Positions 19,095-30,429 of a DNA stretch of 64,000 nucleotides are shown here, one piece after another. Made by a program: the position numbers and the translations under genes. The DNA comes from a virus. How positions within the stretch are numbered: position 1 is the first letter of the stretch; the number at the start of each line of letters is the position of its first letter. The notes beneath the pieces are model-generated. The model ran no database searches. It was not told the origin of the DNA and was given only the letters and a program-made list of their open reading frames with translations. Location of the stretch: IMG/VR virus record IMGVR_UViG_3300047552_000145, positions 17,267-81,266 of that record; one strand, 5' to 3'.

Positions 19095-19559
19095 ATGAAC
19101 GAACAAATTAAACAAGGTAGCGAAGTATGCCCAAAGGGTTGGGTTACTGTCACTAAAACAAACGAATCAGGTCAAATTACTGAACAGTTCGAAGTACCTA
19201 ACCTAGTTGTTACAACTGGTAAGGTTTACATCGCTGGTAAAATGATTGCGACTAACGCTGACGTTCCAGTTGCTATGACTCATATGGGTATTGGTACTGG
19301 TACTGCTTCTCCGCTAGCAGAAGACACTACACTAGGCACTCAAACTGGTCGTGTTCTATTGTCTGGTAACATCCAAGAAAACAACTCTATCACTTATACT
19401 GCTACATTCCCAGCAGGTACTGGTACTGGTGCTATTACTGAAGCTGGTATTTTCAACGCTTCTACTAACGGTACAATGCTTTGCCGTACAGTGTTCCCAG
19501 TTGTTACTAAGCAAGCTGGTGATACTATCGCTATCACTTGGAAAGTTACAGTAAGTTAA
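19095..19559 (+). CDS. Conserved virion structural protein (fibre-anchor-like beta domain)
   Basis: NLVVTTG, MGIGTG...DTTL, ITEAGIFNA...MLCRTVF, TW.VTV. AAGGAG SD. Confidence 0.75.
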   Translation: MNEQIKQGSEVCPKGWVTVTKTNESGQITEQFEVPNLVVTTGKVYIAGKMIATNADVPVAMTHMGIGTGTASPLAEDTTLGTQTGRVLLSGNIQENNSITYTATFPAGTGTGAITEAGIFNASTNGTMLCRTVFPVVTKQAGDTIAITWKVTVS

Positions 19560-19607
19560 TCTAAGTTTTTCTATATTATAATAAGTTAAACTATCGACGG
19601 AATAAAA

Positions 19608-22600
19608 ATGGCAGATACAAAATTAGTAAAATCGATCTTATTTAAAGCACTCGCTGAGGGTGTTTATAGAGACGTTGTTACGAAGTCTTCTTCATACTAC
19701 TACTTTCTAGGTCAAACTTTACAGTGGGTTGACGAGAACAATCCACCATCGCCTGTTGATAGTTTAACATACGATCACGAAGTTCGTAATGAGATTATTA
19801 CAATTAAAGAAATCAAACCATCGGACGTTGCATTCGTTGTAAAGCGTAGAGATTGGGCGTCTGATGTAGTATATGATATGTACGATGACCGTTACTCTGA
19901 TGAAGTTCTTGGTTTGAACATTACATCTGGTGGCGCTGGTTACATCAACTTAAACGACATTTCTATCACCATAGAAGGTGGTGGCGGATCAGGAGCAACT
20001 GCCGTTGTTTCTGAATTGACTGGTTCTTCTATTTCTGGCGTTGTTCTAACCAACCCAGGGACTGGATATACTTCTGAACCAACAGTAACTGTTACATCGG
20101 CTTCTGGAACTGGTTGTGTTATGAAAGCCGTAATCGGTATTTCATCTACTGGCGTTCAAAAGATTGAACAGGCTGCCTTCTATGTTGTTACTGACGAATA
20201 CAACGTGTATAAGTGTTTGGATAATAACAATGGTGCGCTTTCTAAAGTAAAACCTTCTGGCACTCAACTAGATCCAATCAAAACTATTGATGGTTACATT
20301 TGGAAGTTCATGTATAACATTCCAATTAACCTCCGTAACAAATTCTATACCGATGAATATATCCCTGTGGTTTCAGCTTTGACTAACCACTTCTATTCAA
20401 ACGGCACAATTGACAACGTGTACATCACCAACCGTGGTGAAAATTATTCAAGCGCAATCGTTTCTGTGACGGGTGATGGGTATAGAGAATCTGACCCTAT
20501 TCTTATTACACGAGCAACTGTCGTTAATGAAGGTACTGGTTATTCTGAAGGCGCAACTATTGAGTTTGCCCCTCCGTTTACATCATTCTCGCCATATATC
20601 CCAAGCGGTTCTGTAAACCTTGGTCAAATTATTAAAAACAGTTATGATGACTTCTATGAAGTTTCTACTCCTGGTCAAATGGGACCAGTGCAACCAAGTC
20701 ATAAGTTTGGTACTGTTCTAAGCGGAACGTCAGCGTTAAAATATCGTGGTACTACTATGCGTGGTACATTGACATTGAGAAATGACAAGAATATTACAGC
20801 TATCAATATCTTGAGCGGAGGTTCTGCATATACATTACCTCCAATTATTTCCGTTGATGACCCAACTGGGCAAGGCGTGCAAGCTACTGCTATCATTGGA
20901 GACTCTTCTATTAGTTCTATCACAATTGATAACAACAGTTCAAACCACAATTATGTTTCTCCAATTCTAACAGTTGTTGGTGGTGGCGGTTCTGGTGCTA
21001 TTCTGCAACCAGTTCTAGTCAACGGTGATATTGATGAAGTTGTTGTAGTTTCTGGTGGCCAAGGGTATACTGAAGTGCCAACAATTCGCATAGAAGACGT
21101 TTCTGGCGCTGGTTGCACAATGACTGCAGTATTATCAGGTTCACCTATTTTAGAAATTTTAGTTGTAGATGGCGGTGAAGGATATACCGATCCAGAAGTT
21201 GTAATCACTCCTGCTCCTGGTGATGTTGGTTTCGGGGCTATTGCTGCAGCGACTGTTGAAACTGGTGTTATTGATGATGTATCATTGGTTGGTAGCGTCC
21301 GCGAAGTTGTATTGATTAGTTCTGGTTCTGGTTATTTAAAACCACCAGAAGTTACAATTAGTGGCGGTGGCGGAAACTACGCTGTCGTTCGTTCTAAGTT
21401 GTATGCCGACAAGGTTATCTCAACAAACGTTATTAACGCTGGTGAAAATTATCTTGGTACGCCAGATGTTACTTTTGGTACACCGTGGTCTCAAGGTCTA
21501 GAAGTTTATACAAATGACCAGTTTTCTAATGGTTCTAACTTGTACACTGTTGTTGAAGGTGGCTTCTTCGGTCACGTTTCTCCATCTTGGAATAGCGGCA
21601 CTCAGTATACTTCTGTCCCATGGGCTGCAACTACTGAAGTGTTTGAAGGTGAAACTGTATACCAAGAAATTTCTGGTGTAAAACACTTATACTTAATCCT
21701 AGAAGATGGTTATACAAGCACTACTTCTCCTGATTTTACTTCTGGTGATGGTGCTGGAGCAACATATGGTGTTGGTTTAAGATATGTTGGTATTGTTGCA
21801 AGTTTAAGACGCGATGGTTCTGTTGCAACTGGTTATGCTGTTATGCGTTACGGTGCAGGTTATTCTGTAACTCCAGCAGTTAATATCATTGACCCTAACG
21901 GTTCAGGGGCAGAGATTAACTTCTTTACTGCTAAGTCTGAAGCTAAGATTTCAGCGATTACCGAAAACGGACAAATTATTTACTTGGTTATCGACGATCC
22001 TGGAGTTGGTTATACTAAAGCAACTCTAAGTGTTACTGGTGATGGTCAAGGAGCATTGTTGACGGCTGACTTGTCTCTTGGAGCTATTTCTTCACAACAG
22101 GCAAATAACGAAATCTTAACGCCAGCTGGTACTATTGATGCGATTGCTATTGTTTCTGGCGGTTATTCTTATGGTGTTGCTAACATCCTTATTGAAGGTG
22201 ACGGTACTGGCGCGACTGCAAAAGCTATCATTGACCCAATCACTCAAGCTATCACTAAAGTTCAAATCGTAACTAGAGGTGAAGGATATACATACGCTAA
22301 TATTAAAGTTATTGGTAACGGATCTGGTGCTAATCTAAGAGCTATCATTTCCCCATATGGTGGCCACGGTAAGAGTTCCCCTGAAGAATTGTATGCGACT
22401 AATTTGATGTTCTATACTAACATTTCTAACGACCTTAACCAAGGTGTTGTTGTTGGTAACGACTATCGTCAAGTTGGTATCATTAAAGACCCTCGCGTAT
22501 TTGATGGTTTTGAACGTTTCCAAGGTTCTTTAGGTTCAGCTTGTTTTATCGTTCAAGCTCCTGTTAATATCCAAAGATTCTCTAAAGACGAGGATCTATA

Positions 22601-23045
22601 CATTGAACGTATTACTCACCCAGATATTGAATGGGCACCTTCTCTATTGTTGAATACTGGCGATTTTATTTGGACAGACGAAAGAATCTATGCTGTTGCT
22701 GAAGGTGGCGTTGCGGGTTCTTCTGCTCCCACTTCTACAACTGGCACTGAAACAAACGGTTTCGCGAAGTTAAACTATGTTGGCTCAACTAAACAGAAAA
22801 AGCGTTACAGAATCGTTTCTCTATCTTCTGCCTTTGCCTTGGTTCAATCCCTGGATAGCGATATCCCAGAGTCTAATGACGTATTCATTAGAACTAGTAA
22901 CATCTCTGACAACTTTACTGCTATTTCTGTTGGTATGCCCAACTTTGATAAGTTCTCTGGTCAGGTATTGTACATCGACAACAAACAAGGTTTCACTCCA
23001 TCTGGCGATGAAACTATCACACTACGAACAATTGTTCAATTTTAA
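19608..23045 (+). CDS. gp8: Baseplate wedge subunit with large repeat insertions
   Basis: YYFLG...W..E..PP.P, IK.IKPSDV..V..R.DW, FYVVTDEYNVYKCLDNN, DGYIWKFMY, SP.GGHG, NDYRQVGIIKDP, SG.VLYIDN. Confidence 0.9.
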   Translation: MADTKLVKSILFKALAEGVYRDVVTKSSSYYYFLGQTLQWVDENNPPSPVDSLTYDHEVRNEIITIKEIKPSDVAFVVKRRDWASDVVYDMYDDRYSDEVLGLNITSGGAGYINLNDISITIEGGGGSGATAVVSELTGSSISGVVLTNPGTGYTSEPTVTVTSASGTGCVMKAVIGISSTGVQKIEQAAFYVVTDEYNVYKCLDNNNGALSKVKPSGTQLDPIKTIDGYIWKFMYNIPINLRNKFYTDEYIPVVSALTNHFYSNGTIDNVYITNRGENYSSAIVSVTGDGYRESDPILITRATVVNEGTGYSEGATIEFAPPFTSFSPYIPSGSVNLGQIIKNSYDDFYEVSTPGQMGPVQPSHKFGTVLSGTSALKYRGTTMRGTLTLRNDKNITAINILSGGSAYTLPPIISVDDPTGQGVQATAIIGDSSISSITIDNNSSNHNYVSPILTVVGGGGSGAILQPVLVNGDIDEVVVVSGGQGYTEVPTIRIEDVSGAGCTMTAVLSGSPILEILVVDGGEGYTDPEVVITPAPGDVGFGAIAAATVETGVIDDVSLVGSVREVVLISSGSGYLKPPEVTISGGGGNYAVVRSKLYADKVISTNVINAGENYLGTPDVTFGTPWSQGLEVYTNDQFSNGSNLYTVVEGGFFGHVSPSWNSGTQYTSVPWAATTEVFEGETVYQEISGVKHLYLILEDGYTSTTSPDFTSGDGAGATYGVGLRYVGIVASLRRDGSVATGYAVMRYGAGYSVTPAVNIIDPNGSGAEINFFTAKSEAKISAITENGQIIYLVIDDPGVGYTKATLSVTGDGQGALLTADLSLGAISSQQANNEILTPAGTIDAIAIVSGGYSYGVANILIEGDGTGATAKAIIDPITQAITKVQIVTRGEGYTYANIKVIGNGSGANLRAIISPYGGHGKSSPEELYATNLMFYTNISNDLNQGVVVGNDYRQVGIIKDPRVFDGFERFQGSLGSACFIVQAPVNIQRFSKDEDLYIERITHPDIEWAPSLLLNTGDFIWTDERIYAVAEGGVAGSSAPTSTTGTETNGFAKLNYVGSTKQKKRYRIVSLSSAFALVQSLDSDIPESNDVFIRTSNISDNFTAISVGMPNFDKFSGQVLYIDNKQGFTPSGDETITLRTIVQF

Positions 23046-23049
23046 TACA

Positions 23050-23056
23050 CTAAATA
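23050..23056 (+). promoter_or_regulatory. Late promoter (CTAAATA)
   Basis: Intergenic TAAATA core upstream of the 2444-aa gene. Confidence 0.55.
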
Positions 23057-23093
23057 ATAGAGTTATTGTTTAACTTTTAAAGAGACAAAAAGA

Positions 23094-26000
23094 ATGGCAC
23101 TTGATTTTAACACAGAACCGTACTTTGACGATTACGACGCTAAGAAAGACTTTTATCGCGTTCTGTTCCGCCCGAGCTATGCGGTGCAGGCACGTGAACT
23201 TACACAATTGCAGACGATTCTGCAAAATCAAGTTTCTCGTTTCGGCGATCACGTATTTAAAAATGGTTCTCAAGTAATCCCAGGTTCAGTGAACGTAGAT
23301 AATAAGGTTCACTTCATTAAACTTGAGCAGTTTACAGGTACGGTTGATGTTTCCACTTATATTGAAACATTCAAGAACAAGATTATCACTGGAGAAACAT
23401 CTGGTGTTAAAATGCGTGTTCTTGACACTTCTGGTGGTTCTGCAGTTGTTGATCAACTGAACGTACCAACTCTATACTGTAAGATTGAAGGTACTGCCGA
23501 CGATACTATTACTAATCGTTTGCAACCAGGCGAAAACATTATCGCTTACACTGAAGATAACTTAATCTCCACAAACTTCCGTCTAACGGAAGACCAACTT
23601 ACAGATATTACAGCTGTTATTAAGTTGACTGGTTCTGCTTCCGAGACTCCAACAACTTATACTAATAACGCTTCTTCTGACGTTATCGGTTACGGTTACA
23701 GCGTCGACGTTGGTGCTGGTATTTACTACGTTGATGGAACTTTCGTTCGTAACGACGATCTAAAATTATATGTAAGCCGATTCAACAACACGCCAACTTG
23801 CCGTGTTGGTTTCAAAGTAACTGAAGAAACAGTTGCACCAGAAGATGATGAATCTATCTTAGACAACGCCACTGGTTCTTACAACTTCGCGGCACCTGGC
23901 GCACACCGTTATAAAATATCTCTATCTCTAGTTAAGCTACCGCTGACTGGTAAGGATACATTCAAGTTTGTTGAACTAGTTCGTATCGTTGATGGTCGCG
24001 TCCACCAGAAAATTACAAATAGTTCTTACGCCGAACTAGAGAAGTCTCTCGCTCGTCGTACATATGATGAGTCTGGTAACTATGAAGTTAACAAGTTTAA
24101 GTTATCTGTTCGTGAACACCTGAATGATGGTATCAACCAAGGTATCTACACCCCATTAGCTGATGGTACACTTCCAATCGAAGGTGTTACTTATGGTGAT
24201 GAGAACAAATTCTGTCTAGTTGTAGATCCAGGCAAAGCATATATCCAAGGTTATGAGATTGAATCTTCAGCCTCTCAATTTGTTAACTTCAACAAAGCTC
24301 GCGAGATTAATGGAGTTGAGGGTAATCACATCCAACGTACTGATCAACAAACTGTTGGTCTAAATCTTGGTAGCTATGTAGAAATTAAGAATCTTTATAA
24401 TATTCCAGATATCCTGAACTATGAAAAGGTATATCTAACAAAAGTTCTACAACCACGTGTTGCTCAAGCAACATGTACAGTTAACCCATCAACAGGCGCA
24501 TTGACGTCAGTTACTTTGGTTGATGGCGGTTCTGGTTATACTGCTGGATGGGATGAAAGCACTCCAGGATGGGCTACTCACTTTTCTGTTGTTTACAGAA
24601 CTAGTAACGCACCAACAACTCCAGCTAAACTAAACGTAACTGTAACAAACGGTAAGATTACTAACATTGCTATCGCGGATGCTGGCGCAGGATATAGTGC
24701 TTCTGTTCCACCTGAAATCCGCTTAGACTACAACTCTAACATACCACTCGGCATTCAACCATCACAATCTAACATTGTAGGTACTGCACGTGTTAGAGGT
24801 ATTCAACTATCTGATATTGATGCTTCTATTCCAACTAATTCTGTATACAAACTAGGTTTGTTTGACATTAAGATGTTCGAAGGGCAGTCTTTCGAGCGTG
24901 ATGTTAAATCTGTGGTTGGTTTAGGTGTTACTGAGAATTTCGCTTGCGATATTTCACCATCAACATATGCAATTCCAGGAACTGCTTCTTCAACTTCTGG
25001 TAACACTATTGTTACAGGTCAAGGAACAGTTTTCAACTCAACAATTAAGGTTGGGGACATTGTATTCTTGAATGATGTTTTCATTGGAACTGTTGCTACA
25101 ACATCAGGTACTGTTAACGGCACTGAGCTTGGAAACTTTGCATTCCAATTGTCTGGTAACGCACCAGTAAGTATTGCAAACGCACGTATCACAGTATTCA
25201 GCACTAAGCTAAACCTACCAACTTTTGAATCTTTACTATTCCCAGTTGGTCAAAACAACATCAAGACTCTACGTGGCTACTTGAACGGCGCTGATAGTTT
25301 CAAGAACAGCAGCATCATCGTTCGCCGTCAGTTTGAAGTTCGTTCTTCTACAAGTAACTCTGTAACTTGGGATCTAACTGCTGACAATGAAAACTTCTTG
25401 TCTGATCAAGATGATTCTAACTACTTGTTAGTCAACGTTGATTCTGGTCTTCCAGTTTACTGGACAGTTGATGATACTTCTAAGGTTTATGTTTCTTTCG
25501 ACAACGACGAGAATCGTACAGAAGTTACATTTAACAACGTTCCACCAGGACAGAACTATTACTTGATCGCTTCTGTTCTTCAATATTCTAACTCTGCCCA
25601 AGAAGCTGTTAAGTCTCTGAACAAGACAGGTTCTATGGAGATCGAGAACAAGAAGATTGTAAACTCAAATACTATTGATTTGGCGCACGCTGACATCTTC
25701 AAACTAGTAAGCGTTGAAATGACGCCAGACGATGGTACTTACACTTTCAACGAAGATAACGTTGTAGATATTACTGATCGTTATACTTTGGACAACGGTC
25801 AACGTTCTTCTTACTACACTTATGGCGCATTGAACCTGAAGCCAGGACAACCTGTACCAAATGGTCCAATCCGTATTAAGTACTGGTATTTCACTTATTC
25901 TAAGTCTGGCGGCAACGGTGGTAACTACTTCTCTGTAGACTCATATACTATCGGCACAAACGGAGTTAAGTATGAAGAAATCCCATCATACTTCACAACA

Positions 26001-29000
26001 GACGCTGTGACTGGTAAGACTAAAGAAGTTAGTTTGACTGACGTTGTTGACTTCCGTCCAGTTCTAACTGCACCTTCTGCTAACGCATGGAACCCAGAGC
26101 TACCTATGCTTGGTTCTGATATGGCTTGCCCTCGTGCAAACTATGTTGGTCGTATCGATAAAGTTGCTCTTGACTCTTTCGGTAAGTTTAACATCATCAC
26201 TGGCGTTCCTGCTGAAATCCCTAAAGAACCAGATGATCCAAAAGAAGGTATGGTTCTTGCAACAGTTACAGTTCCACCATACACTAAGTCTGTTAAAGAC
26301 GTCACTGTTACTCAACGAGACAATCGTCGTTACACAATGCGCGATATTGGTCGTTTAGAACGTCGTATCAACAAACTAGAATATTATGTAACTCTTTCTC
26401 TACTTGAGAAGGATACTGCTCAACTTTCTATCGTTGACGAGACTACTGGTCTAGATCGTTTCAAGAACGGTTTTATCGTTGACCAATTTACTGGTCACGG
26501 TGTCGGTGATGTTAAACATGAAGACTATCGCGTGTCAGTTGATTCTAAGAATAAGATTCTACGCCCAATGCACTACACTAACGCAGTTGAGTTGGTTGAA
26601 GACTTAACTTCTGGTGCTGACCGTGCTAACAAGACTTACCAAAAAACTGGTGACCTTATCACCCTTCCATATGCTGAACAAGATTATATCTTCAACGCCA
26701 ATGCTACACGCACAATGGACGTTCGCGCAATCTCTATGGGTGCATTCAAAGGTCAAGTTCAGTTGTATCCAGAAGGTGACAACTGGAAGTCTGTAAACCG
26801 TCGTCCAGACCTAACTGTTGTTGACGATAACAACTACGATGCGATCAAGTTTATCGCTGACTATACTGGCGTGACTGGTACTGATTGGAATGAGTGGCAA
26901 ACTCACTGGACTTCAATCACAACTACAACATCAGAATATCGCTCTGGCAACACTCAGTATGAAGCCACAACTACAAATTACAGTGGTTACAATGACCGTT
27001 CTGGTGTAACAACTACTCTAACTTCTTCTGTTAACACTCAGTCTTACGGCGACCGTGTTGTGGATATGTCTTATATCCCTTACATGAGAGCAAGACCAGT
27101 TACTTTTGTTGCCCAAAACCTGAAGCCAACTACTCGCTTCTATCCATTCTTTGACAAGATTCCAGTTAAAGAATATGTGAAGCCAGCTGATGTGTTTAAA
27201 GTAACACGTGTTTCTAACTCTCTAATGTCTTTTGAGTTGGCAGATCTTCAAAACAACGTTCTAACTGACGACCCACGCCGTGCGTTTGATGGTACTGTAT
27301 ACAGAACAGTTGTTGGTGAAACTGGTAGCCGTGTTGAGCCAGCGTTTGGTTTTGGTGATGTTATTGCAAACACAACTCACACTGCAATCAACATTGTTTC
27401 TATCGCTAACCTAACTTCCCCAGCTACAACATTCACAATGGTTGTATCTGACACTAGCAACTTGTTTGTTGGTAACCACGTTGTTCTTTACAACCTAAAC
27501 TACCACAACTCAACTCCAGTTACACGTTGGCAAGATTACTCTGGTACAGTTATTCCAGTAAGTAATAAACTTATCAATCCAGCTGCAAGCTCTAAACAAC
27601 TTAACTTGAAAACTTTCAAGATTGTTGGCATCAACGGTGGCACTTTAACTCTTGGTAACATTGATGGTTCTTCCATCGAAGCGTTTGATGCGTATTCTAC
27701 TGCATCATATGACGATAACCAAAGAGGTCGTTTATACCGTTTGAAGGCTTCTGGTGTCGTTGCTTATGGTGGAACAATTCACAGTTCAGATACTATTGGA
27801 CCAATCCAACAAGATATTCACATCGTTAACATCAAGAACGGTTTTGGTGTCGGTGAAACATTAACTGGTACTGTTACAATTGGTTCTACTGGTAACTATA
27901 ACGGTTTTGTTGTTAATGAGATCAATGGCGCGACTACTGGCTTCACTATGAAGAGTATCGGCGATCACAATACAACTGACGTTGACGGTTCTGTTGTTGG
28001 TGTATTCTTTATCCCAGAAACTGATGCTTTGGCATTCCGTACTGGCGAGCGTACATTCAAACTAACAGATAACCTATCTGATAGTAGCGCACAGTTCGAC
28101 TCTTCAGGTTCTGCTGTTTACTACGCACAAGGTATCGCTCTTGACAAAGAACGTACTGTTGTTTCTACTCGTGCTGCGCAGTTTATCCAATCTGCTGCAT
28201 ACGAAAACACACGCGACCAAGGTCTACCACCAGTTCGCCGTTCTACAACTTCTACTCGTGTTCTATACCAATATAGCACTGACCCATTGGCTCAGACTTT
28301 CGTGGTTAACAATCCAGGTGGTGCGTTTGTAACTTCTATTGACCTATACTTCTCTGAAGCTGGTCGTCGTCCAGTTGCTCTAGAACTTCGCCCAACTGAT
28401 AATGGCGTTCCTTCTTCTACTAAGGTTATTCCGTTCTCTCAAGTTGTAAGAACTCCTTCTGAGATCGTTGTTTCTGAAGACAGCTCTAAACCAACTCAGT
28501 TCAAGTTCAGATCTCCAATCTATCTACAAGATAACGAAACTTATGCGTTCGTTGTTATGACTGACGAGCCAGGTGCCCAAATGTGGGTTTCTGAGATGGG
28601 TCAGAAGGATATCTTGACAGGTAACACTATTGCTGGACAACCTCTAACTGGTTCTCTGTATGCTTCTCAGAACGCCCAAGAATGGGAAATCCATACTCTA
28701 TTGGATATTAAGTTCGTCTTGCGCACAGCTAAGTTTAACACTAACGTTCAATCTGAACTGTTCTTGAAGAACTCACCACCAGATAACATTGGTCTAGATA
28801 GCAATCCATTCACTATTACTAATGGTGTGACGAAGGTTCGCATTAAAGCTAGAAATCATGGTTTAATGGCTGGCCAAACTGTAACTATCAGCGGTGTACC
28901 GCAAGGTTTCCATGGTTCGATTGATTTAACAAAGGGTATCCCAGATACCATGTTGAATGCTACGCATACAGTATTGTCTGAAGGTCTAGATAAAGATAGC

Positions 29001-30428
29001 TTTATCATTCAACTGACTACAACTGAAGCTGGCTCTGGTAACAACCTATTGTCTGGAACAACTGCAGACTTTACTACTGGTCAATATGGTGGAAATTCTG
29101 TTTCCATTACACGTGGTCTATTCATGGACGACTTATATTTAAAGACTTCAGACTTGGTGTTCACTGATACCAAGATTGACTACTATGCTAAGACAATGAA
29201 CACTAATAGTGTCATCGGTTCTTATCTACCAGTTGTTGCAAATAGTGATAATAACTTTACCACACGCATGATGATCCCTGCATTAGAAAATTATAATACT
29301 GTTAATAACGTTAAGGTGGCTCCTCTGCAAATTAAAGCAGTTATGTCTTCATCTAACCCTAACGTGTCTCCAGTTATCGACTTACAACAATTGTCTGGTT
29401 TCGCGGTTTCTAATTTGATCAACAATACTTCTGCTTCTGAATTGAACGTTGCTGATATTGATACTCGTGTGTTGTTAACTGCAAACGATATCGTAACTGC
29501 CGACACGGAAGAACAAGGTACTGGTAATCTTACAACAGCTAGCACTTCTAGCACTTCTATCACTGGTACTGATACATTGTTTAGATCTCAAGTATTCCCA
29601 GGTAACAAACTATACAGAAAGAGCGATAACCAACTAATTGGTACTGTTTCTACTGTTAGCGGAACTGTTGATACTAGCTTAACTCTTACTGCTAACTCCC
29701 TAATTGATATTAGCGGTGCAACTGAGTTTATCATTCAAGCTAACCCAACTCTATCTTTCGCGAATAACGCTGATGGATTAGGTAAGATTAGCACTAACAT
29801 TGATACTGCAGATAACCTATTGTCTTCAGCGAGCGTTGGTAAGGTAATGATTATCACTGGTGTTGACGGTGATGCTGTATCTCCAAAACTAATCGACGGT
29901 ACTTACACAATTACTGATGTTCAAGTTATCGAAGACAGAACTGTTTATGCTGGTAACTCTGAAGGTGATATCTGTATCATTACTCTAGATCGCGGTTTCG
30001 GTACTACTGCCACTATCGACATGATCACTGACGGTAATTTCAATATCTCTATCTTGGATAAATATGTTGATGATACTGCACCATATGGAGCTTCTAACAA
30101 TGCTAACTACATTACAAGAACTCTATCTCTAGCTGAACCAGCGGAAGTTATCAAAGTTATTTTTGATGCAAATATTCCAAACAGCACTGAGATCAAGGTG
30201 TATTACAGAACTTGGACTGGCAACGACGTTGATTTGAGAAAGCTACGTTGGAATGATACTGGTTACGTGAGCGATGCTAAAGACGTAAGTAGCGATTTCG
30301 TTGAACGTGAAATCACTAAGTCTGGTGTCCCATCATTCAACAACGTACAAATCAAAATTGTTATGAAGTCTACTAGACCTGTTGCTGTTCCTAAGATTAA
30401 AAACCTAAGAGTATTGGCGCTTACATAA
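23094..30428 (+). CDS. Giant virion structural protein (VrlC/DUF4815-like)
   Basis: FNTEPYFDDY...KDFYRVLFRP..AVQARELTQLQTILQNQ, APGAHR, LARRTYDESG.Y, RRYTMRDIG.LE.RI..LEYY, RFKNGF.VD.F, DPLAQTF. Confidence 0.88.
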   Translation: MALDFNTEPYFDDYDAKKDFYRVLFRPSYAVQARELTQLQTILQNQVSRFGDHVFKNGSQVIPGSVNVDNKVHFIKLEQFTGTVDVSTYIETFKNKIITGETSGVKMRVLDTSGGSAVVDQLNVPTLYCKIEGTADDTITNRLQPGENIIAYTEDNLISTNFRLTEDQLTDITAVIKLTGSASETPTTYTNNASSDVIGYGYSVDVGAGIYYVDGTFVRNDDLKLYVSRFNNTPTCRVGFKVTEETVAPEDDESILDNATGSYNFAAPGAHRYKISLSLVKLPLTGKDTFKFVELVRIVDGRVHQKITNSSYAELEKSLARRTYDESGNYEVNKFKLSVREHLNDGINQGIYTPLADGTLPIEGVTYGDENKFCLVVDPGKAYIQGYEIESSASQFVNFNKAREINGVEGNHIQRTDQQTVGLNLGSYVEIKNLYNIPDILNYEKVYLTKVLQPRVAQATCTVNPSTGALTSVTLVDGGSGYTAGWDESTPGWATHFSVVYRTSNAPTTPAKLNVTVTNGKITNIAIADAGAGYSASVPPEIRLDYNSNIPLGIQPSQSNIVGTARVRGIQLSDIDASIPTNSVYKLGLFDIKMFEGQSFERDVKSVVGLGVTENFACDISPSTYAIPGTASSTSGNTIVTGQGTVFNSTIKVGDIVFLNDVFIGTVATTSGTVNGTELGNFAFQLSGNAPVSIANARITVFSTKLNLPTFESLLFPVGQNNIKTLRGYLNGADSFKNSSIIVRRQFEVRSSTSNSVTWDLTADNENFLSDQDDSNYLLVNVDSGLPVYWTVDDTSKVYVSFDNDENRTEVTFNNVPPGQNYYLIASVLQYSNSAQEAVKSLNKTGSMEIENKKIVNSNTIDLAHADIFKLVSVEMTPDDGTYTFNEDNVVDITDRYTLDNGQRSSYYTYGALNLKPGQPVPNGPIRIKYWYFTYSKSGGNGGNYFSVDSYTIGTNGVKYEEIPSYFTTDAVTGKTKEVSLTDVVDFRPVLTAPSANAWNPELPMLGSDMACPRANYVGRIDKVALDSFGKFNIITGVPAEIPKEPDDPKEGMVLATVTVPPYTKSVKDVTVTQRDNRRYTMRDIGRLERRINKLEYYVTLSLLEKDTAQLSIVDETTGLDRFKNGFIVDQFTGHGVGDVKHEDYRVSVDSKNKILRPMHYTNAVELVEDLTSGADRANKTYQKTGDLITLPYAEQDYIFNANATRTMDVRAISMGAFKGQVQLYPEGDNWKSVNRRPDLTVVDDNNYDAIKFIADYTGVTGTDWNEWQTHWTSITTTTSEYRSGNTQYEATTTNYSGYNDRSGVTTTLTSSVNTQSYGDRVVDMSYIPYMRARPVTFVAQNLKPTTRFYPFFDKIPVKEYVKPADVFKVTRVSNSLMSFELADLQNNVLTDDPRRAFDGTVYRTVVGETGSRVEPAFGFGDVIANTTHTAINIVSIANLTSPATTFTMVVSDTSNLFVGNHVVLYNLNYHNSTPVTRWQDYSGTVIPVSNKLINPAASSKQLNLKTFKIVGINGGTLTLGNIDGSSIEAFDAYSTASYDDNQRGRLYRLKASGVVAYGGTIHSSDTIGPIQQDIHIVNIKNGFGVGETLTGTVTIGSTGNYNGFVVNEINGATTGFTMKSIGDHNTTDVDGSVVGVFFIPETDALAFRTGERTFKLTDNLSDSSAQFDSSGSAVYYAQGIALDKERTVVSTRAAQFIQSAAYENTRDQGLPPVRRSTTSTRVLYQYSTDPLAQTFVVNNPGGAFVTSIDLYFSEAGRRPVALELRPTDNGVPSSTKVIPFSQVVRTPSEIVVSEDSSKPTQFKFRSPIYLQDNETYAFVVMTDEPGAQMWVSEMGQKDILTGNTIAGQPLTGSLYASQNAQEWEIHTLLDIKFVLRTAKFNTNVQSELFLKNSPPDNIGLDSNPFTITNGVTKVRIKARNHGLMAGQTVTISGVPQGFHGSIDLTKGIPDTMLNATHTVLSEGLDKDSFIIQLTTTEAGSGNNLLSGTTADFTTGQYGGNSVSITRGLFMDDLYLKTSDLVFTDTKIDYYAKTMNTNSVIGSYLPVVANSDNNFTTRMMIPALENYNTVNNVKVAPLQIKAVMSSSNPNVSPVIDLQQLSGFAVSNLINNTSASELNVADIDTRVLLTANDIVTADTEEQGTGNLTTASTSSTSITGTDTLFRSQVFPGNKLYRKSDNQLIGTVSTVSGTVDTSLTLTANSLIDISGATEFIIQANPTLSFANNADGLGKISTNIDTADNLLSSASVGKVMIITGVDGDAVSPKLIDGTYTITDVQVIEDRTVYAGNSEGDICIITLDRGFGTTATIDMITDGNFNISILDKYVDDTAPYGASNNANYITRTLSLAEPAEVIKVIFDANIPNSTEIKVYYRTWTGNDVDLRKLRWNDTGYVSDAKDVSSDFVEREITKSGVPSFNNVQIKIVMKSTRPVAVPKIKNLRVLALT

Positions 30429-30429
30429 A

